A DNA stretch of 43,533 nucleotides, counting the filler, from Catajapyx aquilonaris (taxonomy: Eukaryota), in NCBI GenBank assembly GCA_000934665.2. It is 2 parts of 2 records of this genome, joined end to end, with 100 filler letters (N's around TTAATTAATTAA, not from the genome) between each part and the next. Parts side by side here need not be neighbours in the genome. Positions count along the whole stretch, not along the records: positions 21,785 to 43,533 come from KZ539455.1; 1 more part is not named here. One strand, 5' to 3'. Positions 24,050 to 36,415 of the stretch are shown one piece after another. The stretch's first letter is position 1. Each line of letters begins with the position of its first letter. A model generated the notes under the pieces. The model saw only the letters and a program-made list of their open reading frames with translations, had not been told where the DNA came from and made no database searches. Both the position numbers and the translations under genes were made by a program.

Positions 24050-24963
24050 ATGGCCTCGTCGATGAAACCCATGGAGACGGTGTTGAGCTCCGGTAAACCC
24101 CCACCGGTAAGCACGATTTGGCGTGGTCTCTGGTTTCTTAAATAATTATTGTAATTATTAACGACTATGGCGGGTGTCTACAGACCCTGCTAACCTACGT
24201 CTCGAGAGGTCTGTAGACGCTCATAGTTGTCGCTTAACTCAATTAAGACATTTTTTGTGGGTTGACTCAATTATTGCATAACACCATCCAATTACTTGTT
24301 TTGTGGTTAGACAAATTATTTTTAAGCTGACCTTACAAACTGGTTTCATTTACTAAGTCTATAGTGTCCAACCAATGGACATAACCTTTCTTTATAATTA
24401 TTTGCTTTTCTTGCAGACCAAAATTTCTGTGGGTAGACTTCCCCAGGATGCCAATTCCCAAGAGAGGTAAGCTGCTAATGGTTTTTTAAGTTTTACGGTA
24501 GCTACCATTACATTTGCTCATATCAACAATTTGCAATTTCTTCTCTTTCACTGAGAAACTATATACCTTCGGTTTCAAATAATTTATATGACAAACTAGT
24601 TTTCTCAGTTAATGATGAGTTGTATACATACATTTTTCTTTATAAAATACAAATATTTAAAACTACTCTCCTTTACATCACTTATGATAGGGACCCATCA
24701 CCATATGATGAGATGCGCGAGTCCTACGGCCAACGTGGAAGGCGGTGAGTGCAATATTGATAACATTACTGTGTTTATTCTCACTTAGCAATTAATGCAT
24801 TTTTCCAGCCCATTTTGGAAGCAGGTTATTTGCAACTTTTACGACTCGTTTTACCTGCGATGGGCGTGATTTCATAGTCCGATCATTGTTCTCTCGTTCT
24901 TGTAGCTACTTCCCCTCGATGTCACTGCTCGAACATGACATGGCTGCATCACGTCCTTACTAA
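24050..24963 (+). CDS. 4-exon 72-aa micro-protein, RBM4/lark-like remnant lacking the RRM body
   Basis: Exons 24050-24106, 24417-24466, 24691-24744, 24906-24963; donors gtaagc/gtaagc/gtgagt, AG acceptors, phases 0/2/2 join without frameshift: MASSMKPMETVLSSGKPPPTKISVGRLPQDANSQERDPSPYDEMRESYGQRGRRYFPSMSLLEHDMAASRPY*; AATAAA at 25203. Confidence 0.65.
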
Positions 24964-25643
24964 GCAACGAGAGAGCGTTACGAACTGAAAAAGACGGAGG
25001 ATACATGGGCGGAAAGGGGAATCACTTAAATTCATACAAATATTTTCCTCCATTGCAAGTTATTTCATATATCGTCTGCCATTTAACCGGAATGGGAACT
25101 CAGCACGGATGCAAATCGAGAGAGCAACACTGTTTGCTTGCTTTTAGAATGATGTAGGTTATTCATGTAATTTTTCTTAACCTCGATGTACAAGGTGCAA
25201 TCAATAAAAATGTTTGCACTTTTAAAAATACCTATGCCTTTCTGCAGGATTCCCCACACCCAACCTTATTGTTCGTATAAGTACCATTTGAAATGGTATT
25301 TAGAGAAAGCATCTCCATATGGATATTTTGGCCCAATAATTTTCATAACCAAAGCATTACTCAAAACTCTAATATTTGGAATCAGTTTGTGTTTTAATAT
25401 TTTTGAGTGGGCCCAGGGAGATGCAATTTCCTTTTCCGGGGGGAAAAATGGGATGATATGCCAGCGAAAATAGAAGCGACAAGTACCCTACCAGAAGTGA
25501 ACGAATGAGCAAGTGAACATTTGTGAGAGCGAAGTTGAAGTGGCGCCTGATGAAGCTAATGAAGTTGGAAGCAAATCGAGCGAAAATATTTGCCCAAATT
25601 CCCGTCACGACCAGGTTAGTGTGTGATGTATTTCATCAGAGGA

Positions 25644-25971
25644 GGGGAGGCGGAGTGGTGCTGCGGTAACGTATGCGCCCACGGATGTTAAGGTCCCGCG
25701 TTCGATCCCAGCCCGGGGACACCCCCTTCATTTCGTGCAGAGTTCAGGGTCACCTCTGGCTTCGTCTCGGGTGGTATTTCATACAGACTAAACCACCCAG
25801 GGGAGTTCACTAAAAATGGCCACATAAAGACATTGCACTGCACCTTGCACATCCCCTCCTGTCATCCTGCCCGTGGGCCCGGGCGCTTCAATAATTAGGT
25901 TCCAAATATGTACATCGTACAAATAAAGGTCCGTGCTACATGCCGAGAAGGCCAAGCACTACCCGGATATA
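25644..25971 (+). mobile_element. tRNA-derived SINE (tail type 1)
   Basis: A box TGGTGCTGCGG, B box GTTCGATCC; 15-bp TSD TATTTCATCAGAGGA (25629, 25972). Confidence 0.85.
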
Positions 25972-26345
25972 TATTTCATCAGAGGAAAATGAAAATAGCT
26001 ATTATTGAAGGGGTGGGTGCAATACCGCCCTAACCCTCACAAACCTCATTTTGAGAAAACTGAAGTTGAAAGTTTGAGATGACCCATAAATCATATTTTC
26101 CATTCCAATGCTATTCTACACACATTTACTGCACAACCTTCAATTTTGCATTATATACTTTTGCTGGATTTTTAAGGTGTAATGTGTATTTTCTTACAAT
26201 CTGACATCTGCAGTGTGTTGTTTGGACTTAATGCACATGCAATATGGATGCAATATGGAGCAGATATGCCAACATTGTATAGCCATAATTATGGCAAAGG
26301 TAACTAGCCAATCAATGAGTTACTCCTATGGAAAAGTATTTCATA

Positions 26346-26373
26346 ACCCGAGCAACGCCGGGTATCCTGCTAG
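26346..26373 (+). mobile_element. Helitron 3' terminus
   Basis: Hairpin ACCCGAGCAACGCCGGGT, then a short spacer and CTAG|T; 5' end not defined. Confidence 0.65.
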
Positions 26374-26943
26374 TATGATCAAGAGCTAATAACTTGCTTG
26401 GTATGATATAAAAGATCTGTCCCTCTTCGCCATAAGTTCATTACAGCGAGTCAACCAATGGCAAAACACTAAACACTTTACAATCACGGAAACCGGAGAG
26501 GGCGTGCTTTGAAACGCAAAAAATTCTGGGCCACTGGGGATGGCACTGTCGGAATCTCGGAAAGTAATATGGCAAACGAAACTGTGGGACGCATGCTTGC
26601 TTTCTATGAGCTTAGATACCACATGCTCAGAGATTGAAAAATCGCATCTCATGTCCTCTTTTCCGTGGAATTATTGCCCTTTTCTTTAAAAGAAGTCTCT
26701 TCAGAAGAACACTGTGTTGGTATACAACCTTTACATCAGTATTTCATGATTCAAACCTACCTTTTCAAATGCAGCATGGAACCACTTTTGGACAATCTGA
26801 TGTGTTTTGTTCTTACACTGGTAAAAAAAAAGCACCTCATTTTCCTCCCTCTCTGGAAGGAACTTCAACAACTTTTATTCAATGGTTTGTTGCACTACTC
26901 TCAGGAAGAAAAGTTATTGCCACTTGCCTTTTTGTCTGAGCTG

Positions 26944-27404
26944 ACAAGGGAACTGTAAGAGTGTTGTCAATGGAGTTTCTGAATGCAGCTTGGCACAATA
27001 ATATAGGCAGGTAAGTTATTAAAGAAAATGCAAACAATTTAGGCGAATGCCCACAAGGTCAAAAGTTATGACCTCTCGAACTCACAAGGGACACTTTCCA
27101 AGGTCTCACCGATTTTCTTGAAATTCGGTGCATTGGTAGCCCCCAAAAAGGGGTCACCGGGTCATTTTGAGCAGGTCAGTTTCGGTGCGTTTTTCATCCC
27201 TTGGGGTGGCCTACCAATGTACCGAATTTCAAGAAAATCGGTGAGACCTTGGAAAGTGTCCCTTGTGAGTTCGAGAGGTCATAACTTTTGACCTAGTGGG
27301 CATCCGCCTAAATTGTTTGCAGTTTCTTTAATAACTTACCTGCCTATATTATTGTGCCAAGTTCCATTCAGAAACTCCACTGACAACACTTACACTTCCC
27401 TTGT
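26944..27404. mobile_element. Long palindromic MITE
   Basis: ~190-bp near-perfect inverted arms (e.g. aaaagttatgacctctcgaactcacaagggacactttccaaggtctcaccgattttcttgaaattcgg and its reverse complement). Confidence 0.85.
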
Positions 27405-29358
27405 GAGATGGAACGACTCACCTGTGTGTGTAGGTGATTGGGCTAGATGTAGCGTCCAAAGGCAAAAGGCAGTATCTGCATGGACCCGCAATGTCCAGAT
27501 ACTGCCTTTTGCCTTTGGACGCTACAGATGGGGTTTCTGATGCTTCTTTCTCTTCACCACCACCCCCCTCTCAATTCACATGCTATGCTGTGTTCAAGTG
27601 TTGCAATCCAGGACACCCATTGCCAAAATCAGCATGTCTATAAGACATAAGTAATGTGGTATGACAGGTAATAAATAATATGTACCATCAGATTCTGACA
27701 TGCTAAATTCTTGTATTGTTCACTACAAATTATATACTCATGAAAATCCTCTGAATGACATACTGCGTTACAGAACTGGTCAGTGATTAGCATTACTTAA
27801 CCAGATCTAAGGTACTTCCTGGCTATCTCCATCACCTTCAGAATGGAGCTCAAGAAGTAATAATGCATCCAAATATCTGCACCAGCCCATCAAATGGAAC
27901 AGGCTAAAAATCAAACTTATCAAACTGGTACACAGACACTTGGCTGCAAACTCTGAAAGTGACAGGGCTACAGGTTTGAACAGGCTTCAAGTTCCTCTTT
28001 GAAAACGTCTCCTCCACAGGGGCCATTGCTACTGTTCCAAACCTCATTGGAATCTACAACAATGATTCTTGGCACCTGTGGGTGAGAACTTTTGGTCTGG
28101 GATGGTCGAATCCAGTAACAAAAATGACTGTTGTAGGTCACACAAACTCAGTGCTCAAGTACCTTTACCCTACCATCTGTATGGACTAAAATACTGTTCA
28201 CATGAGATATAATCCCTGTAAGAAAATACTGCATTACCTATAAAATAGCAGCACATTGCCATGATGAGCCTGACCAGCATAGGAAATCTGCTCTAAAATG
28301 CTGTTATAGAATAAAATGCTCTGTATTGCAAAAATTAATCACAGACTGGTTTAGATCCATGGCAAGATATGTTACAAAGTGAAGTTCCTGGGATATTTGT
28401 AATTGAAGTTATGATATAAATTTATATTAAATAAGTATGATATTTAACAGGTGGGAATTTTGGGGTTTTAGGGTCATAAAGGTTGAAAGCTTCTTAACAA
28501 GTATGGTGTCTACGAATTGCAGGGGCAGAAAAATGCGGTTTATGTGTACAAATTTTGTAACAGATGTCAACCAGGGTTAGTCCACGTCTATATGTTCTAT
28601 TATTATAAGTGCATGTAGTCAATTACATATACAAGTGAGTGCTCACCTCAATGAATATGATTGCCTGCCCACATACAATAAGGTACCATAATTATGTGAA
28701 TGGAAGAAAACTGTTTTCATTCATAAGAGTATGGAGCATACATTCAAATGTAGAATTGATGAAGTGAAGGGTGGGAATAAAGATGGGAAAGCTCCTGGCA
28801 ACCATTCATGGTGATAGTGATAAGTTGCCAAATGCATGTGAGTACCTCAGTGGCAAAACTGACAAATCCACTTTTCAAAAAAAATGAGATGGAGGTGGCA
28901 ATGCATTCTTTGGGACATTCTCTACATGCTGACACCCCCCCCCCCCCAAAAAAAAAAACATGAAAAATACACCCTAAAATTGGGGGAAGAAAACTGGGCT
29001 CTGTTGCAAAACCAACAAATCCAACGCTAAAAGAAGTAATGTTTTTTTCAGATGCTGACTCCAAAATACAGAAAATCCTGCATTGTACCCCTCGAGGATT
29101 ATTGCTGGCATTTCTTAGGGCGACAAATTGGAACATCTTGCAATATTTCACACCATTAAATACCTAATGAATCACTCAGTCATGGAAATGACGAAATAGG
29201 AATGACAAAATTTTAGCCATTGTCGTGATAAAGGTAATGTTGGGCCTTGTTTGATAGTCCATTATGGTTGTACCATATTGAAACTCGTTTTTGTACACAA
29301 TATAAATATTTTTCAGTTCAAGTTCCTTGCAAAATCCTACCAATCCACTCCCTATGCA

Positions 29359-29545
29359 GCAAAATCCGACAAATCCAAATAGTCATTTTTGAAATGAGTC
29401 ATTTTGGAGAAAGCATGCATCTGATGCAGGGTCAAAAGTTGTAACATATGCATCTGTGACCATTTTTGTACAGTAATTAGGTCGGCTGTGACTGGTTTTT
29501 CTCAAATATCTCTGAACCAACTATTTTGGATTTGTCGGCTTTTGC
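29359..29545. repeat. Degraded inverted-repeat element
   Basis: gcaaaatccgacaaatccaaatagt / actattttggatttgtcggcttttgc. Confidence 0.5.
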
Positions 29546-30413
29546 AACTGAGGTACTCATGTGTACTCTCTCCTGGAGCTATATGATTTACCTGGAGTTT
29601 AAGTTCCATGCACAGATGCCAACTGGATGAATGTTGGAATCTTCGTACATGTGATTTGATCAAGAAGAGCTCACTCATTCTTACCAAATAGGGATTGGTA
29701 GTAGGCCTAAACAGAAGAGCACTTGCTTGTATGAGCAATTGACACAGGTGTTTATGACAATATACCTGATGATTCTTCAAAAATTAGGGGTTACTGGTTA
29801 CTGATTTACCACAATAGGTGTACAGTACCAGTCTCAATTAGCCATTCAATCAATGAAAATAGTAAGACACGTATTTAGACAGCACAGATTCAATGGACTC
29901 AAAATTGAGAAACATTTCCATAAATTTGAAGATGTGACATATCCTTTGAAGCTACCTTCTCTGCAGGTATCAGTACAAGTGAAAGAACTGTGGACTTCAC
30001 ACTTCTCACAAGGACCTTGTCCAATAGAAACTATTATTGTTGCAAGGAAAAGTTGACAAGGTGATGTCAGTACATTTGATACTGATCTAAACAAGGTAGT
30101 GTTCCTACAAGTATATGGATCACTTCAGTTGCAGGAAATTTTGCTTGAAGTTATTTTTTTGAAGCTTAAATTGTGTCCCAATCAAGGTGCCAGAAACTGC
30201 TTATTTGGCCAATTGGGAATGGACACCTTTTGTGGATCGGGGCAATATAAGTGATAACTAAAAACCACCCTGATACTTGGGAGCTCCGCATATTGGTAAG
30301 CAATGACCATGCCTAATTCAAAAATTTTGCATATGGAAGATTGGAAGCTCCAATTACAATTTGGGAGCTACTAATATGTAACTTTGATCAATATTCATTG
30401 TAATTATCATAAC

Positions 30414-31365
30414 TAGAGTCCGGATTTTTAGGCAAATGCCTATTTAGTTCCTTTATATTTGGGATGGTTGTGTGAAGAGATCTATCCATTTCATAAGTGC
30501 AGGATGTGGAAAATGTAGGTTTTATAGTACCGGTACCTAAAATTGCCCATTTCATGGTTTTGGGAACTAATTTGCCCATTGTGGCTTTTTGCGCCTTTTC
30601 ATGCCTATTTGGCCATTTTTGGGATAGTCTTTGAACTTTTTGAAGCAATTTCGGGACTTTTTGGGCCTATTCCTGACCTATTCCTTCCGAGGCATGTTTG
30701 TTTTTTTCCGAGTAATTTTTGTGCTCCTGATAGAACCAAAATCTTTCAAAGTAATTGAGGGGTCTAAAATCAAAGGCGGCTAAGTCCATTTTTGGGGGGT
30801 GTAACACAAATACGTCCAGCAATAATGTATTTTAATGTCATTGGGTATTAGTTGCACATTTGCGTATGTAGCTGAGCCGTGGCAACGTATGGACGCAAAA
30901 AGTTTCAAGATAGTACCAGTGAACGTTAAGTAATCAGCTGTTTTTGCTCATTTTACGACCCTTTTTTTGGGGGGAGGGGGGGGGGGGGACTTAGCCACCT
31001 TTGATCTGAGACCCTCAATTAGTTTCACTAATGAATACCTATAAAAATATTTGGTAACATACTGTGCAAGTGAGATCGGGCTATGAACAGTAGAGTCCAG
31101 AGCGTCCAGAGCAAGTGATACTTTCTTGCACTTTGTCTCTTTTGCCCATGTTTTGTGATTTCCTGTCAGTTTATCGTTGTTATTCGGTTTTTGCTAAGGC
31201 TTGTGACCTTATATTTATACTATAAATTATTATATCTTTTTATTATCTGTAACATTATCCTCCATACTCCCGAAAATGTAAAAATTTTGTCCCTATTTGA
31301 GGTTTTTTCGTGCCCATTTAAGTGCCTATTTCAAGGGTTTTTTGTGCCTAAAAATCCTGACTCTA
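30414..31365. mobile_element. hAT-type MITE
   Basis: 8-bp TSD ATCATAAC (30406, 31366); TIR TAGAGTCCGGATTTTTAGGC / GCCTAAAAATCCTGACTCTA. Confidence 0.88.
30757..31016. mobile_element. Nested Sola2-like MITE
   Basis: AATT 4-bp TSD; GAGGG termini; TIR atcaaaggcggctaagtcc / ggacttagccacctttgat. Confidence 0.7.
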
Positions 31366-34300
31366 ATCATAACCAACAGTCCCAACAGGTTCTGTAGCAT
31401 CAATCCAGTAGGAGACTGTTTCATAATGACAGACTGAATGCAGTTTGTGGTGGATGTTGTGATGTGAAGGTCACATCTGCAGTGAACTCAAAACTTTCAC
31501 ACATGTTTTCCAGAGTAAAATAAAGCTCATGAAGTTTTTCCCCCCACATTTGTCTCTCAGAGTTATGTGAGGACTGTAAGATGGAGGATTGACCACTTGG
31601 AAAGCCTCACAGGTAATGGTACCCTGGAGAAATTGGGAGTTGATGGTGGTTCGAGTTGGGAGCCCTAACTGCCTAACACAACAATATTCTTGCAAATACA
31701 GTTGAGTTTTGATTATGCAACCCAGCCCAGTTGTATGAACATGTGTTAACATTAACTACAAAGTTAGCTGCTTTAATATACACTAACACAGTGGTTAATA
31801 TTAACTCATGTTCATACAGCCAGCCAGTTATCAGGACCCTCAGGTGGTTAGATAATCAAAATTGCTGCCAGCTGGGTACAAGAGGGGCCCATCCTGCCCA
31901 CAGGCCAAAAATGAGATTTTGTCATGATCTGGTAGCACAAACCATTCGTGAGTGACATGCATAACCTGCATAAGTTAGGATGGGCCCTAGCGCCATTAAA
32001 AAATCATTGCTATCATGATGTAGGAGATCTTTTCATGGAGTTTGGTAAGAAGGGCCCATCACAACCCATTCCAAAATGGCTGCAACCACTGCCTCTGACC
32101 GGAATTAATACAATATTATGGTAATAATTATATTAATTTGAATTAATATGAATGAATATAAAATCCATGACATTCTCAAAATAGGACACTGAAATTAAAT
32201 AAAACAAGTGAGCTGGATTATTTTATATCAACCTAGTGCTACCAAGTATAATAATGTCATTAAATTTCTAAGCACCATAGTTACTGGAATATATGTCATC
32301 AAATGTTAGCTTTTGCAGAATGCTTTGTACCTGATTCTAAGATACACCTTATTTTTCCCCATATTTTTTGCAAACAAAAAGACTCGAGTTAATATGGTAT
32401 TTACCGTGGTGATTTGAACAAAGAATGTCCAAAGGGTGTGCATCAGGAATGTAATGTTTGGTTCAGTTACATCATGTAGTTTGCATGCTGTGGCAATTTT
32501 CCTTTACAGCATCATTTCTCAAAATGTACATTGGTTGGAATGGGCCCCGCTTGCACTGAGCCGCACGTGGGGCAAGAGAACAGTGAAGCCAAATGTCAGT
32601 CATATCAGTCAGAAGTATAATAATCGAATCATGTCTATTAATATGCATGAATATGAGTAATGAATTTTCAAAAATACAGCAGTTAGTACAAGATATACTG
32701 ACTTTCACCTCTCTAGCACTGCTGAATGTCCAGTACTATATTCACCATAGCATGTGGGACACTCCGAAAAAGGTAGGCAATGAACAAAATACAAAACTAT
32801 AGTATTACTAAATGTCGTGTATTATAACCACAAAACCATATGATAACTAAAGGTGGGGTATTCAAGACTTGATTTTATACTGACATCAGAGTCATATGAT
32901 ATCTGTGTCAAGTTTTCAGTTCCATAATTATAGTAGATGAATTTCTGGAAGGACTTTCGTAATGGGAGACCGAATGTGGCAGGGGGTTGCACACTGCCCC
33001 AACCTACCCCATGGCCTAACCTTCCTTCCTGGCGGATACATGCATATCATTCAATAGATACACGCCTAGGAGAGTAGGTAAAAGTGTGGGGTCTCCCGAT
33101 GCGAAAGTGTAGCCAAATGTCTTTGTACTCCACAAAAAATGAAGCTTTTTGAACTCCCCTTGTAAATCACACATTCTACTAGTAATATGGTAAACAATGA
33201 CATGGCTGTTCCAAATAGGTTATATTCCATGTAAGTAATCCCACTCTTCCACTGATTGACAGTTAATTGCAATGAAGCAAAATCATGAAGATTAACATAT
33301 ATCAGCATAATTCAAAAAAATACAATGTATTGTGCTTGTAAACTGGATGAATTCATGTGAACCTGACCAGCTGCTATTTTATAGGTGACACATTTTGCAC
33401 AACAAGTCTCATTCCCCATTTCATATTTCCCACAAGCACACTGCTTCCACATGACACGCAAACACACATTTGGTAAAGTTGTGGAAAGTCTCAAGTTCTG
33501 GAAGCTGAACACAATATATTCACCATGCCATGCCTTGCCTTCTACATGTATGTTTTCGGGTGACAGGATCCGAGAGGGAACAAGGGTTCTGGAGGTATTT
33601 CACAGTCCAAAGTAGACTGGACCTTCAGCCTGCTCCTCTGCTTCAGCCCATCCCTTCTTGATATAGTGAAGGGCATGTCCTGAGAACAATACTGCTGGTT
33701 TGGCGGGTCTTTAAAAATCCTTCTCTAAAATATTAAATTGCAATTCACTAGCATCCATTTGGCCAACTTTTTTCTTTTCTGTTTAATGAAATTTTTTAGC
33801 ATTTTGCCATAACGTGCATTTCTTGAAAATAACGGATAGGCACTTGCATTTTACCTTCTAGTGTTCAGTGTGACATGCACAACAATTAAGTTAAATTTCA
33901 GTGCCAGAGTGGAAAATATGAAATTTCTGTTTGTTCTTAAATGCTTTACTTGTGGCTGAAAGCCATGCCAAGTTTCTACATGTTGCATATATCACAGATT
34001 GTTCTGGTGAAATGCCAGTGACATGCGGGTGCTCGAAGGTGTCTAAAATAGTCAACTGAAGGGAAAAATTTATGATGTGTAAGGATGAAAATAAAATTCC
34101 CAACAGTGATGAAATTTTACTGTTGTTTGTTCACATTTATTGTTCCCTTCCAATAAAACTTTCTTCCCCACTAAGTTTGGTCATCCCACTTTTAAAATGA
34201 CGGCTTTGTTGCTAAAATGCAGAGTTCAATTCTTCCAAGTCTTTGGCCTCAAAGGATCAGGTGCTAAGTCATGCGGAACAGCAGACGTCAGGGGGATTCT

Positions 34301-34697
34301 AATGCCAGTGTTCTGCTGTCTCCACATTATAGCCACCTAATATCTGCAGGCAGACATTCCTTTTTGGCTAAAAATCTCAATTAGTGTGGAAAAATTGATG
34401 GTGTCTCTGCACTCCAAGCACAAAAAGTTCATGACTACCTTGCTTTTCAGTTTCTCGCAGTTCCAGTGAATACCTGTGACATGCTTTTTGAAATGTAGAG
34501 AGCAGCCTTTTCATTCTCAGTGACAGCCATTTACTAATACCAAGCTTCCAGAAGAATCGTGACCAGTGGGGCCAAGAGGAGCAGGCTGAAGGAATAGTCT
34601 ATTTTGAATAGCAAAATTCCACCAAATTGGCCTGCTTTGAATCAGGTGGAGAAGGGGGGTCATTTGTTTCAGTGGTCACTTGCTGCGGGGCCGCCAG

Positions 34698-34820
34698 TCA
34701 TTGTCGCTCTTGCCACTCTTGTAAATCCTCCACGCCAAACTGATCTTGTTCAATTGGCTTCTTCAGCCATGTGCCAAGCTCAGCCTTTTGAAACGCAAGA
34801 TACAGTTGCTCCTTGGCCAT
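34698..34820 (-). CDS. Adar: ADAR2-type dsRNA adenosine deaminase, last exon
   Basis: MAKEQLYLAFQKAELGTWLKKPIEQDQFGVEDLQEWQERQ*; WxxKPxEQDQF C-terminal motif. Confidence 0.93.
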   Translation of the reverse strand: MAKEQLYLAFQKAELGTWLKKPIEQDQFGVEDLQEWQERQ

Positions 34821-34886
34821 CTTGAAGATAATGTAACCACAGTAAGAGCAGTGCACAACAGCAATGACAGAATTTTGCCAGCATAC

Positions 34887-35080
34887 CTTATAGTCCTGAA
34901 CCGCTGACTTAGCACTACCATACTGCTCTGGGCAAGCGTCAGCGGCAATGCCTGTAATGGAACTGATTCTTCCAGCTAGGTTCAGGAAGCGGCGGAAAAG
35001 ACATTGCTTTGACAGGCGGGAACTTTTGCCTGTCTCATCCTTCCCAGTGAATGCGTTGATTATTTCAGGTCGTTCACATC
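34887..35080 (-). CDS. Adar: ADAR exon
   Basis: [31 protein letters not shown]...[16 protein letters not shown] borders. Confidence 0.93.
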
Positions 35081-35135
35081 CTAGAAACAGAACATGTCAC
35101 ATCCTGCATCAAGATGTTAATGCAACTCTTCTTAC

Positions 35136-35278
35136 CAACAGTCCAGTTCACACTGAAATTGGGAGCTTTCCCTGGCTGGCGGACTTCGGCTGAACTAAAC
35201 TGGCTCATTAGTGGCTTGTTCAGGCGATATGGTGGAGGCAAGCCTTGGACAGTGTACTGGATGCGCCCACATACAGCC
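35136..35278 (-). CDS. Adar: ADAR exon
   Basis: [47 protein letters not shown]. Confidence 0.95.
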
Positions 35279-35453
35279 CTGTTAGAAAAGTGAAGTCAAA
35301 CATTGCGACTACGAACAGAGACGACATTTTAAAAAATGACAAGAAATGCATGCTTGTTTATTGGGTTCCCCGAGTTTATGAAACAGTGCTTTGCATCTTC
35401 TGGAAAATAATGCACTTCACCCCACTGAGAAGTTAATAGGGAAAATGCAATGG

Positions 35454-35602
35454 TGTATCATCAGTTGAAAAAGAATTGTCCCAGTCATCCTGATGTGTGT
35501 GCTGCCCGCTCGACACACACCATGTAACTTACATGGTGTGTGTCGAGCGGCCAGCCCACACGTCAGGATGACTGGGACAGTTCTTTTTCAACTGATGATA
35601 CA
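35454..35602. repeat. 74-bp-arm near-perfect palindrome in an ADAR intron
   Basis: Symmetric around C35528, 4 mismatches. Confidence 0.92.
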
Positions 35603-36415
35603 GATCCACACTTGACAATAATTGGCTATTCACTCTGAAAATGACATATCAAAAATAAAATTTGAGAAGGATTCATTGCAACCTCATTACTACATTATTT
35701 TCAAAAGTATGCTTTGGCCATACCATTGTTTTTAAAAAAATCCCACTAACTTCAGCATACCCACATGATGGTGATAATCTTTAGCTGTCACTGCACATAA
35801 CTACAATGATGATCAAAGCATTTTTTGAACTGTAATAAACAAGGCACGGATTTTTAGGCTCTAAAAACCCTCAAATAGGTAGGCATTTAGGCCCTGAAAA
35901 CAGTCAAAATTGGCTCTTAACCCTGTACCGCGCATTGTGACTTGAGGAGTTGAGGGCAACAATTAATTTCCGCAGGCGCTATAAGCTTCAACGTTGGTCC
36001 TGGAAACCCCAGTGTGACTTGATGTCACAGTTAGTTTGTTAGCTTCCACTAGATGACGGGCAATGTCGACAAATGACACAGTCAGGATACGGTATGAAGC
36101 GGAGAGAAGCCAAGGCCATTGAAAATGGCACAAAATTTGAATTTGCTGAAGCAGCAATTGTTTCTGGAGCTGATTTGATATAGGTGCAGATATTAAATAT
36201 CCAATTACATGTGTAAACTGCAAAGAGTAGCTCTCTCGTTGCCATTTGCAGCCATTCTCATTTTGGCAGAACAATTTCATCACAATTTTTTGGTGGCGCA
36301 GGCACAATATTGCTTGAGGTTTGAGTCCTAAGTCATTGTGCGTATTTTTATTCAAAAACGGTAACATGTACAGATTTGACCATTACTACGTTTTTACAAA
36401 TTGGACTGGAATATA

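Noticed and set aside
25644..25715. tRNA gene
   Set aside because: A/B boxes are present, but it continues into a SINE body with TSDs and I could not form a proper acceptor stem; the same applies near 9950 and 37300
27780..28215. Exon-like minus-strand segment with a good acceptor (ttttcttacag)
   Set aside because: Stops in all three frames soon after the acceptor and no recognisable protein; at most a non-coding exon
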